The translations under genes were made by a program, and so were the position numbers. Shown here piece by piece: positions 1-9,675 of a stretch of DNA of 64,000 nt. The first letter of the stretch is position 1, and each line of letters opens with the position of its first letter. The DNA is from Macrostomum lignano (lineage: Eukaryota), in the NCBI GenBank assembly GCA_002269645.1, contig NIVC01002686.1, positions 85,836 through 149,835 of the forward strand, given 5' to 3'. The notes under the pieces were generated by a model, which was not told the DNA's origin, did no database searches, and worked only from the letters and a program-made list of their open reading frames with translations.

Positions 1-494
1 TTCAGAGAGGAGTTTCGTGGAAGAATGCAAGGCAGAAATGAGCCTGTAGAGACTTTCGCAGACTGTTTGATCGAGCTGGCATCGCGTGCATTTCCAAATA
101 TGACGGTTGAGCAAAGGGAAGAAGAAATTGTTGAGCAATTCATCAAGGGAATCAGAATTCCGTCAGAGACCCGTGAGAAGCTAATCTTTGCGCAGCCAGG
201 CAATTTGCAAGAGGCTAGAAGAATGCTAAGAAGGATGGAGGCTGCGTGGAACATGTCTCACAAGAATGTCAACATGAGAATGGCCAAAGGCGAAGGTGAG
301 AGTGAGCAGAAGGCAGAGCAGGAGAAGCTTGAGGACATAATCAAGAAGCAGAGAGCAGAGCTAGAGCAACAGAAGAAGGCGATTGACGAGTTGATGGAAG
401 AGAAAAGAGCCAGCCGTCAGCAGTACCATCCGCAGAACCAATATCAAACCTATGCTCAGATCGCCGGACCGCCGCAGCAGCCGAGATATCGGCC

Positions 495-527
<33 letters not shown>

Positions 528-690
528 AGTGTGGCGCGGTCAGCCTCAATTCAACAGGCAGCCACAGCAACAACAGCAGCCTCGAGCCTGCTACAATTGC
601 GGGAAGCTTGGCCACATGGCGAGGAATTGCCAGAGCGCTAGGCCAAACGGTCAGCGAGTGATGAACTACCAGAAGCAGCAGGGAAACTGA
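1..690 (+). CDS. gag: Retrotransposon Gag, C-terminal part; frame open from base 1
   Basis: FRGRMQGRNEPVETFADCLIELASRAFP resembles the retrotransposon gag core; Gln-rich region; CX2CX4HX4C knuckle CYNCGKLGHMARNC; stop TGA 688-690. Confidence 0.9.
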
Positions 691-724
691 GTAGCGAGGG
701 CCGCTTTGCGAGGCCACGTCCCTC
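681..724 (+). promoter_or_regulatory. -1 programmed ribosomal frameshift signal: G GGA AAC heptamer plus stem-loop
   Basis: Heptamer 681-687 in X XXY YYZ register of gag, immediately before the gag stop; 8-nt spacer, then GAGGG(696-700)/CCCTC(720-724) and GGCC(699-702)/GGCC(712-715) pairing; the -1 frame is the pol frame. Confidence 0.85.
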
Positions 725-3700
725 TAGCAACAGTTATCGCGAATTTCAGGCCTCTGAATTTGTAAATAATGCGTATCGAAGTAATGCCAGACAGTATAGT
801 AACAGCAGAACGCATGCCGAATTCAATAAATTTCACAGAAAACCAAATAAAAATTTTGCACCTCGTGTACATACGCCGCTTGCACCTAGTCATGCGTCTG
901 CCAGCTACAGTAGGCCGAATAATAAAGTACAAAGTACAGTAATTCCGAATGAGCATTCGAAGAGAGAATTCGAAGAAGATACGGAGAGAAAAGGACGAGA
1001 AGCAGTCGTCAATGGAATGCTAAGAAACCGAAAGGTCTACTTCCTGTTAGACACAGGAGCTGGACATAATTTCCTAAGCAAGAGTACGTGGAAAAAGATG
1101 TTCAGAAGTGATGAAATTGAGTTGACTACTCGAAGAGTGACTACGTTTGACGGATCAAGTGTGCGAATTGAAGGAGAAGTCAGAACGAAAATACGATTCG
1201 GAGAGATAGAGATTGAGACAGAGTTCCTGCTGTGCAATCACGAGTGTGACGACATACTCGGGATGGAGTTCTTCATGAACTTCTGCGACAGCATCAGCCT
1301 TTCCAGAGGAATGCTTGTATTAAAAGAAGGGACCTGCATCCCGATTCAGTTTACAAAATTACCCGTACGGGTCTGCCGAATCTACAGCCATAACAGCGTG
1401 ACTATACCAGCGAATAGCGCTCTTCGAATTCCAGTTAGAATGACTAAAGGATCAGAAGCCAACTATGGAACGCCAATGGTCGTTGACACCATTGGAGGCC
1501 AAGTGACTACGAAGAGGAATTCCTTAGAGATGATTCCTACTCTAGTGACCATGAACGATGGAACAGGAGTAGTGGAAATAATCAATCGACAGAATGACGA
1601 TATCAGACTGACAAGATCTACGCTGATTGGAGTGGCCAAACCCTTGAAGCCAGGAGGCCTGGCCTACTCTATTAACAGCAAAGGTCAAGCCAGTTCAGAT
1701 GATGCAATTAGGACAGTGAAGAGTGAAGAGAGTGAGTACAGCTGGATAAGCGAGATAGACTTAGGAGAAGAGCTAACATCAGAACAGAAAGGACTAGTGA
1801 TCGATTTGCTAAAAAAGAACAAAGAAGCATTTTCGCAGACCAACCAAGACATGGGTCTCACCCATCTTGTGACGCATGAAATATCTCTAAAAGATACTAC
1901 ACCGGTCAGGATTCCAACACGCAGAATTCCACCACATCTGCAAAAGCAAGTAGATGAGCAACTTGACGACATGCTTGCTAAGAACTTGATCCGACCGTGC
2001 TATAGTACTTATTCGACGCCGCTAGTGATAGTTCCTAAGAAGGATGGATCCATAAGAATCGTCAGTGACTTCAGGGTCCTGAACTCGAGAGTGAACTATT
2101 ACCCATATCCATTGCCGAACATACAAGAGACTTTCGCTCAGTTATCTGGAAGCAAGTACTTCAGTAGTCTAGATTTAAACTCTGGATACTGGCAGGTACC
2201 TATCAAAGAGGAGCACAAATTTATGACAGCCTTTTCCACCCTTACCAGAGGCCAGTTCGAATATCAGGTCATGGCACAGGGCTTGTCTAACGCTCCTGGT
2301 ACATTCCAGAGACTCATGAATTTGGTGCTGATGGGAATACAGCACAAATTCGCAATGTCGTACATAGATGATATTGTGACATACTCAGAGAAATTCGAAG
2401 ATCATCTCGGTCATCTGCAAGAAGTATTTCAAAGACTAATCTCAGCAGGGCTAAAGTTAAGACCAAAAAAGTGCAACTTGTTTCAGAAAGAGCTAAAGTA
2501 CTTAGGGCATATCGTAGGAAGAGAAGGGATTAGAACAGACCCAGCTAAGATCGAAGCGATACAGTCATGGCCTACGCCGAAAGAGGTCAAAGAACTGCGA
2601 AGCTTCTTGGGGTTGTGTAACTACTACTGCAGATTTGTAAAGAATTACGCAGAGGCAGCGCATCCGCTATTTCAATTAACTAAGAAAGGTATTCAAAACT
2701 TTAGGGAAAAGTGGACTAAGAAGCATGATGAGGCTTTCCAGCAGTTGAAGCAGAGAATGACATCGACCGAAGTACTTGCGTACCCAGAGTTCTCAGAGAA
2801 CGAAAATGTTCGAATGGTGTTAGATACCGACGCAAGCGAAGACCGAATTGGTGCTTGCCTGGGTCAAATACAGTCGGACGGGGTTGAGAGACCCATTGCT
2901 TACTTCAGCAGAGCAATGAAAGAGTCTGAGAAAAGATATCCGATTACCAGAAAAGAGCTATTAGCGCTAGTAGATGGCATGAAACACTTTCGATTTTACC
3001 TGATCGGCAAAAGGTTTCTGGCCCGCACAGACCACAAGGCAATTCTATGGTTATTGCGCCAGACCGAAGCCCAAGGAATTCTTGGAAGGTGGATTGAAAG
3101 ACTGAGTGAGTTTCAATACGATATTGAGCACCGCAGTGGAGCCAAACATTCCAACGCAGATGGATTGTCACGGCGACCCTCGGAACCACCAGTTGAACAG
3201 AAAGATGCTAAGATCAAAGAGAATGAGGCTGAAATTCCTAAGATGACAATAGAAACCAGCGCTGTGAAACAAGTCGTGACTAGCAGCGTGAAAGATCAGA
3301 GTTGCCAGACCGACTTCACAGAAGAGTACGAACCAGATTCCGAAGACGAATTCGCAGATGATGAATACGAAGATGCCAGTGATCAGTTCGAAGATGATGA
3401 TGACATCTATGAAGATGCAAGAGACTATTTCGAAGAGGAAGAGACAGTGTGCAGAAAGCTTCTGACAGATTACCTCTCGGTTCCATTGAAGAAAGAGCAG
3501 CTGACTTCAGCGCAGCATGCTGATCCTTCTATAAGGACCTTGATGGACTGGAAGCAGAAGAAAGTACGTGAGCCGAAGTTACCAGAAAATGCATCCGGAG
3601 AGTTGAAGAAGATGGTTAAGTTCTACGAGCAGATGAAAATCGAAGATGAAATGCTGACAGTCAGTGAAAACGGTAAACGAAAAGTAGTATTGCCAGAGAA

Positions 3701-5186
3701 GATTGAGAAAGATGTTTTCAAAGAGCTGCACGATAGTCCGCTAGCAGGCCACCTAGGTCGGGACAAGACGCTACAGCGAGTCCGAGACCGATTCTGGAGG
3801 CCAGGGTTAGTGACTGCAGTTGAAAAGTACATCGCAGAATGCATCCCGTGTCTGGAAAGTAAAAGCGGAAATAAAGTACGAGCACCGGTGCAGACCTTTC
3901 CGATATGTGAGCCATTCCATCGGCTGCACATAGATTTGATCGGTCCAATATCAAAGGAAAGCAGAAGAGGACACCGTTATGTACTTACTGTCGTAGATAG
4001 TACAACAAAGTTCCCATTCGCTTTCCCGGTTCGGAATCAGAAATCCGCTACTGTTATCAAAACTATTCAAGAGAGAATTTTTAGTGAGTATGGCCAGTGC
4101 CAATGGATACACACTGATAATGGCAAGACTTTCGTAAGTCACCAATTTCAGGCATTCTGTACCCTATATGGCATTAAGCATACTTGCACTACGCCTTACC
4201 ATGCTCAGAGTAACGGGCTTGTCGAAAGATTTAACAAGCAAATTAAATCGATTGTAACCTGTTTGATTGAAAAGGATCATTCAGATTGGGATCTGCTCAT
4301 ACCCGCCGCTTTGGTAGCTGTGCGAACCAGTGTTAATCAAACTACTGGGTTCACACCACACTACTTACTATTCGGGAGAGAAGCAGATTTGCCAATAGAT
4401 AGCATTGTGAAAAGGCCAAGACTATACCGAGACTATCCTAGCTATGTGCTGGATCATGCGAAGAGAATCGAAGAGACAAAAGCAATTGTGCGAAGACAAC
4501 TCGAAAAGGTACGAGAGAAAAGGCAAGAGGACGAAGTTGAGAATCGTCAGCCTAAAAATGTGCCAGTTGGCTGTCTCGCTCTCATCAATAACCCTCAACT
4601 TCACCAAGAGGAGAGCCACAAGTTTCATCGAAAGAAAAGAGCAGCCTATCGAGTACTTGCGAAGATATCAGACACAGTGTTCCGTGTGCAAAGAGAAATC
4701 AATGGCGAAAGGAGCGGAGAAAAACTATTAGTACATAGAAATAATCTGACTCCAGTGCCGAAATCCGAAATTAATTTATCCGAAGAGATTATTAATAATT
4801 TAGAACCAGCAATAGTACAAACTAAAAAGAAGGAGCAGCCAAAGAAAAGAATTTGCCATAGACGAAAAGAAGTTAGAATCCCAGAAGTTCAAATTTTAGA
4901 GGAGGAAAGCTCAGACGAAGAAGACAGAATTCAATGGAGAGTGTTCGCAGATCATAATTCGCAGAGTGAAAACGAAGGAAATGAAGAACTGAACAGTGAA
5001 AATACAGAGAGAGCGACTGACTCAGATGAGCCATCAGAAGAGGAAGGAGCAATAGAGTTAGGGGAGGAAGCTCAGCCAGTAGAAAGGTATAATCTGAGAC
5101 CACGAGGCGATAGAGTGACTCAGCAAGGAGAAGGTGTGAACGGATTCGTGCCCCGAAGGCGCTACGCGCGATATTTGGAACAATAG
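681..5186 (+). CDS. pol: Pol polyprotein (protease, RT, RNase H, integrase), entered by -1 frameshift; first in-frame ATG at 1017
   Basis: LLDTGA protease; YIDD RT; LDTDAS...RTDH...NADGLSR RNase H; HDSPLAGH...CIPC zinc finger; HIDLIGP/HTDNG/VERFN DDE core; frame checked stop-free from 681 to 1017. Confidence 0.95.
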   Translation, partial: GKLSSEGRFARPRPSSNSYREFQASEFVNNAYRSNARQYSNSRTHAEFNKFHRKPNKNFAPRVHTPLAPSHASASYSRPNNKVQSTVIPNEHSKREFEEDTERKGREAVVNGMLRNRKVYFLLDTGAGHNFLSKSTWKKMFRSDEIELTTRRVTTFDGSSVRIEGEVRTKIRFGEIEIETEFLLCNHECDDILGMEFFMNFCDSISLSRGMLVLKEGTCIPIQFTKLPVRVCRIYSHNSVTIPANSALRIPVRMTKGSEANYGTPMVVDTIGGQVTTKRNSLEMIPTLVTMNDGTGVVEIINRQNDDIRLTRSTLIGVAKPLKPGGLAYSINSKGQASSDDAIRTVKSEESEYSWISEIDLGEELTSEQKGLVIDLLKKNKEAFSQTNQDMGLTHLVTHEISLKDTTPVRIPTRRIPPHLQKQVDEQLDDMLAKNLIRPCYSTYSTPLVIVPKKDGSIRIVSDFRVLNSRVNYYPYPLPNIQETFAQLSGSKYFSSLDLNSGYWQVPIKEEHKFMTAFSTLTRGQFEYQVMAQGLSNAPGTFQRLMNLVLMGIQHKFAMSYIDDIVTYSEKFEDHLGHLQEVFQRLISAGLKLRPKKCNLFQKELKYLGHIVGREGIRTDPAKIEAIQSWPTPKEVKELRSFLGLCNYYCRFVKNYAEAAHPLFQLTKKGIQNFREKWTKKHDEAFQQLKQRMTSTEVLAYPEFSENENVRMVLDTDASEDRIGACLGQIQSDGVERPIAYFSRAMKESEKRYPITRKELLALVDGMKHFRFYLIGKRFLARTDHKAILWLLRQTEAQGILGRWIERLSEFQYDIEHRSGAKHSNADGLSRRPSEPPVEQKDAKIKENEAEIPKMTIETSAVKQVVTSSVKDQSCQTDFTEEYEPDSEDEFADDEYEDASDQFEDDDDIYEDARDYFEEEETVCRKLLTDYLSVPLKKEQLTSAQHADPSIRTLMDWKQKKVREPKLPENASGELKKMVKFYEQMKIEDEMLTVSENGKRKVVLPEKIEKDVFKELHDSPLAGHLGRDKTLQRVRDRFWRPGLVTAVEKYIAECIPCLESKSGNKVRAPVQTFPICEPFHRLHIDLIGPISKESRRGHRYVLTVVDSTTKFPFAFPVRNQKSATVIKTIQERIFSEYGQCQWIHTDNGKTFVSHQFQAFCTLYGIKHTCTTPYHAQSNGLVERFNKQIKSIVTCLIEKDHSDWDLLIPAALVAVRTSVNQTTGFTPHYLLFGREADLPIDSIVKRPRLYRDYPSYVLDHAKRIEETKAIVRRQLEKVREKRQEDEVENRQPKNVPVGCLALINNPQLHQEESHKFHRKKRAAYRVLAKISDTVFRVQREINGERSGEKLLVHRNNLTPVPKSEINLSEEIINNLEPAIVQTKKKEQPKKRICHRRKEVRIPEVQILEEESSDEEDRIQWRVFADHNSQSENEGNEELNSENTERATDSDEPSEEEGAIELGEEAQPVERYNLRPRGDRVTQQGEGVNGFVPRRRYARYLEQ

Positions 5187-5496
5187 GGTGATGACGTCAG
5201 CGAATTGCCATTGAAACCAGTGTAAATTAGTTAAAATTTCATATTAATAATTGTTATTTGCCTATAAAAATTGACATGTTGTACATACAACAAATCTGAA
5301 AACACCATAGTATTCTGCTAAATGTAAGCTTTCATATGACATATTACTCAAGAAAAAATCTCGAAAAATAAAAAAGTTATAAAAATCTAAAGAAAATCCA
5401 TAAAAAATCTGAGTGTCAAATCTGCCAACCCAAGCACCCCCCACTCGAGGCCCGCGTGGAACACAATGATGCGGTCCAGCTTTTCGGCCGCCAGCC

Positions 5497-5503
5497 TATA
5501 AAT
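5497..5503 (+). promoter_or_regulatory. Candidate TATA box for ORF3
   Basis: TATAAAT in GC-rich context about 100 nt upstream of ATG 5600; perfect CRE-like TGACGTCA at 5192-5199. Confidence 0.45.
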
Positions 5504-5599
5504 GCAAAACCCCCTGACCGCTAGCAGGCCCCCATATTTCACACATCCGAAGAGCGATTCGAAGATTAAATACTAAGAGCTGTGCAGAGTAATTCGAAG

Positions 5600-6439
5600 A
5601 TGGACAACAACGACGATATTGACAAATTCCTGCAAGACCTTTTGGAAGATGGCAATCCAAGCGAAGAACAAGAGCGAGAGCGCGAAGAGCGAGAGCGCGA
5701 AGAGCGAGAGCGTGAAGAGCGAGAGCGCGAGCAGCGAGAGCGTGACCGAGAGCGACGAGCCCGAGAGCAGCAGGAGAACGAGGCTCCCCTCAGGCAGCCA
5801 ACGCGCCCAAGGCCCCCAGGCGGGGATTCCGCCACCAAGCGATCGAGCGCTTCATCATTTGCTGCCGCCTCGAGTCAGTCCAACGAACCAGAGAGGAAGC
5901 GGGCTGCCCTGCTAGAACGACAAGCGGCCGCGCCAATCCGTTCTTGTGTCATGAAAGCGGATAGCGCTGGCGGCCGATCGATACAGCTTGCCGTCCCAGT
6001 TGAAGCGCCGTCTCGTGGGCGCAGACAATCGAATGCTCGCCAATCTCGCCCAGGTACGCCACCAGCGCGCCCGCCGCCGCAGGAAGACTCGCAGGATCAT
6101 CGCGCCATTGTTCGCCAGCTCATCGAGACCAGAGGCGCCGAGGTCGAACGCCCGCGGCACAGCCTCCAACAGTACCTTCTGAGAATCGCCTTTCTGCGTC
6201 TAGACGAGGCTCTGCCGCAGCGGTCGCAGATTTGGCCTCACCTGCGCACTCTGCGTGAGCACTTTAACCATCGCGAGGCTGTGGCTGTGCTGCAGGAGAT
6301 CGCCGAACGTCTCCAGCGCACATTGCAAGCGGATGCCCGGCCGGCGCAGCGGCAGCTGGTCAATATCGAGCTGCGATGGTGCTTCTCGCAGCTCGGATGG
6401 CCATTCTATCGAGACCTGCCCCGGTATTGCGACTTTTGA
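5600..6439 (+). CDS. Retrotransposon accessory ORF3, 279 aa, unknown function, not env-like
   Basis: Intact ORF with AAGATGG start context between pol stop and PPT; acidic N-terminus, (E/R) repeat helix, Pro/Arg-rich linker, helical C-terminal domain. Confidence 0.75.
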   Translation: MDNNDDIDKFLQDLLEDGNPSEEQEREREEREREEREREEREREQRERDRERRAREQQENEAPLRQPTRPRPPGGDSATKRSSASSFAAASSQSNEPERKRAALLERQAAAPIRSCVMKADSAGGRSIQLAVPVEAPSRGRRQSNARQSRPGTPPARPPPQEDSQDHRAIVRQLIETRGAEVERPRHSLQQYLLRIAFLRLDEALPQRSQIWPHLRTLREHFNHREAVAVLQEIAERLQRTLQADARPAQRQLVNIELRWCFSQLGWPFYRDLPRYCDF

Positions 6440-6811
6440 ACTTTTGACACTTTGACATTTAATATTTCTGCTATGCCTAGTTTCTTTAAACTTTACTATG
6501 CTTATTTTCTTTAAATTTTACTATGTCTATTGTCTTTAAAACCTTACTATGCCTATTTTTCTTTGATATGCCTACTTTTGTGGACAATTAACAGTCTATT
6601 TCTATTGTGTGTTGCTCACCTATGCACTGCATTTCGTTCTTTAGCACCCAAAGCACCTATATTGACTATCTGATTTAGCAGTTGTACTATGTTTTATGTT
6701 TTCTTTAATAGCATTTGTACTAAATATGTTTTATTTTCAGCTTCCAATTTTTATGTTAAATGTACTCATAAATTTTTCACTGTAGCATTGCTTTCATTCA
6801 AAATTCATGAT

Positions 6812-6824
6812 AAGAGGAGGAAAG
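6812..6824 (+). other. Polypurine tract
   Basis: AAGAGGAGGAAAG followed 1 nt later by TGTAG. Confidence 0.75.
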
Positions 6825-6825
6825 T

Positions 6826-7415
6826 TGTAGAAGCGGTTACTGTTTTCTAGGAAATCTTATTTCTAAAATCACGCGAAAACTATGTTTTGTTTTAACTTGC
6901 AAAATATTCTTAATATTCTACGTTTGTTATAAATATACGCAGTTGAGATAGTATAAATAGGAGCGAAGTTGGAGGTAGGAAAATTAACACTCGTTCGATA
7001 GCTATAAGCTCAAAACGTTGTTCAATACTTATTCTCAGATCATTGCTTATTTTTAAGAGGTATTGAGAGTTGGGAATCAGGGATTCATGCAAAGAGAGTA
7101 CTAAGAGTGATCGCTGTGACCCTCTAATCTCGGTAACGCCCAGACTGGAGAGAGAAAGTACATATACCAGTAAGACCGCTCAGGCCATATACTAAGAACG
7201 CTACCAGACTAATATACTAAGAACGCTACCAGACTAATATACTAAGAACGCTACCAGACTAATATACTAAGAACGCTACCAGACTAATATACTAAGAACG
7301 CTACCAGATTAATACATAAGACGCTACCAGTATATTTAAATGACATTCTAAGAAACAGTTAGAGATACCAAAGGCAGAATTTAGTATCAGCAGAGAAAAT
7401 TGAAAACCTGTAACA
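6826..7415 (+). repeat. 3' LTR (~590 bp) with TATAAAT at 6952 and an internal 25-bp tandem repeat (7187-7330, ~5.5 copies)
   Basis: Starts TGT after the PPT; ends ACA 3 nt before a PBS-like TGGTGGCAGC; the 5' LTR is not in the window, so the boundaries cannot be cross-checked. Confidence 0.65.
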
Positions 7416-7418
7416 ACT

Positions 7419-7437
7419 TGGTGGCAGCTTGTAGGAT
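7419..7437 (+). other. PBS-like sequence, tRNA-Leu type
   Basis: TGGTGGCAGC...GTAGGAT resembles the complement of the 3' end of eukaryotic tRNA-Leu (...CGCTGCCACCA). Confidence 0.55.
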
Positions 7438-9675
7438 ATTTAATAAACACTAGCATCAATAGTTAGAAATTTAGAAAGACAGAGCCAGAAGGCCTATCAC
7501 AGTTAGTGTCAGCAGTGGGATTGTTCACAAAGACAGGGGAATAACACCTGTCACAGTATTAAGCAAAAATATACTTACATAAAATTTAAAAGCTACACAA
7601 TTGCAGTTGTAAATGATTATCCAAATAGAATAATCAGTGGCTTATTTTAAAAATCAAGCAAGAACTAACTTACATTTTTATACTCATTGGTAGACTGTTG
7701 CACTTGTCTTGATTGCCAAACCAAGGGATATGACCTAAGTGCAAGCAGCTAAGTAGAAAGCTGCAGATGATAAGTTTGCTAGCTCGATATTTGGCCCAGT
7801 TGCATTTTATATACTCCTGCAGTTGCTGGTAATGCAACTTGCATTGACACTTTGGGCTCCTTGCTCATGCACTAAGGAGATATAAACTAGCACAAGCTAA
7901 GCTTCCTTGTATAGCAACTCTATCAGTGGTTACAGAGTCAGCTGGGTATGCTCCACCTGCTGCTTTAGTTGCTGGTGCTAGCCTTCGCACTCATTATTAG
8001 TTCAAACTTCAAATTGACTGGGCAAACATGCCTTTTTCTTGGACACTATGCACTGGGCTATTTAGCTATGTGCTAGTGATGTACTCAGCAAAGGTTGAAT
8101 AGTTCTGGAGGCTAAACACTAGTGATAACCTTGGTAAGCCCATCAGCCATGTGTTCGCCTGGTAGATAAGGCAGTGCCATCAGCAAGTGGCAGAATTCTC
8201 ATATGCCAGGATCCTTGAGATAGGCTTGCTGGAGGCCCATATGCTATATATGGCAAGTTTGCACCCATAGAATAAAATTACAATGAACATTTGCATATAT
8301 ATAGTGAGCATTTAGATTCCAATTATAGCAACAAGCTGAATCTCTAAGCTCAAATCCTATATTTTACAGACTATTGATTGAGTAACAATTTATATTTAAA
8401 ACAAAAACAATCAAATAACAATTTATAGCTTTGCAAAGTGTCCTCAAAATTAGGTCACTTTATCATCTAGATTTTTAACAATTTTTTGGTATGACAAAGC
8501 ATCCAAAAACCATGGTCACTTTATCATCTAGATGAGGAAGTGGTAAGATGACAAAGTGTCTAGGAATATCTCAGACAATGATATAGAAATTGAGAAAAAA
8601 ACTAGAATCAAACTTTTTCTATATAAAGAAAAGGGGGCTCTACTCTTGGACTTAGGAATTTGAGGGAACCATTTAAAATGTAAGAATAATTATGCTATTG
8701 AATAATATTGAGGATTGCAATGCCCTCCCAAATCAAAATCAATGGGGTAGCTACCTTTGCTGCCTCCTATTCCATGGTTCCTAGCCTTGTCTTTGAAATA
8801 GCATATAGTCATATATGCTATTTAGCTATCTTCTGTTTTCTAAATTTGTTCATTAGCTCTGATATGTATATGTATCTTAATGTATATATAACCTTGCATG
8901 AAAGTTTGATATATAATAAAAAATTAAGAACCAAAGCATTCTAAGAATCAAAAGTTTATATATATATATCTTTATATAAACTTGAACTGCAGTTAATTTC
9001 TTTAGGATATAGATAGCAGCATATATATATGAATAGCAAATATTTTTTTCTTAAATTAATATGATCATTATGTAAATATCGTATTAGATTTATTATTAGA
9101 TACAATAAAAAAACTAACTGCAATTCAAGTTTATACAATATATACTGCTAGATCTATGCTTTTTTCTTGAGACTAGTATATTTAAAGTTGGCATAAGGGC
9201 CTATGTCCTTGCAGTGGGAATTTCTTTTATAATATATTGTATTAGCATAAAAAAGGAACTTGTTAACCTTTACGCGACAAACCAAAATTTGCGTCACACC
9301 CTTTGCCGACGGCTGGCTGGCACGATTTCGTGCCAAGTGCATGAGTGTCAGAATTTCTACCCCCCGTTCCAGATGGCAGCTAGCTTCACAAGTACACCCG
9401 TATGTAGCAAAGCCGCTAAACCAAAAGATAATTTGTCTATGGCTGGGGACCAAATGCTATGACTGCATGTCTTTCATTCATGAGAAAACCTTACAGGGAA
9501 ATATGGAAAGGGCACTATTTTCGGCCACAGATTTTTATTGAAATCACTGTCGTGCTCATAATAGTTCTGCCAAGGACCTACTTCAGAAATACAGAAACAG
9601 TCTTATTATAAAATTGGATATTTTTATCCTCTGTCTACCCAAAGCACCAAGCATTTCGCTCCTGAGAATCATTAC

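Larger units (their letters stand above)
1..7415 (+). mobile_element. Ty3/Gypsy LTR retrotransposon, 5' end outside window: gag, pol, ORF3, PPT, 3' LTR
   Basis: PR-RT-RNaseH-IN domain order in one uninterrupted ORF; gag zinc knuckle upstream; polypurine tract followed by a TGT...ACA-bounded LTR candidate. Confidence 0.93.

Noticed and set aside
5600-6439. ORF3 as an envelope gene
   Set aside because: No signal peptide, TM helix, furin/fusion-peptide pattern or Cys framework
8453-8560. Direct and inverted copies of CACTTT(A/G)TCATCT as a DNA transposon end
   Set aside because: Only three short copies, with no partner end or transposase nearby
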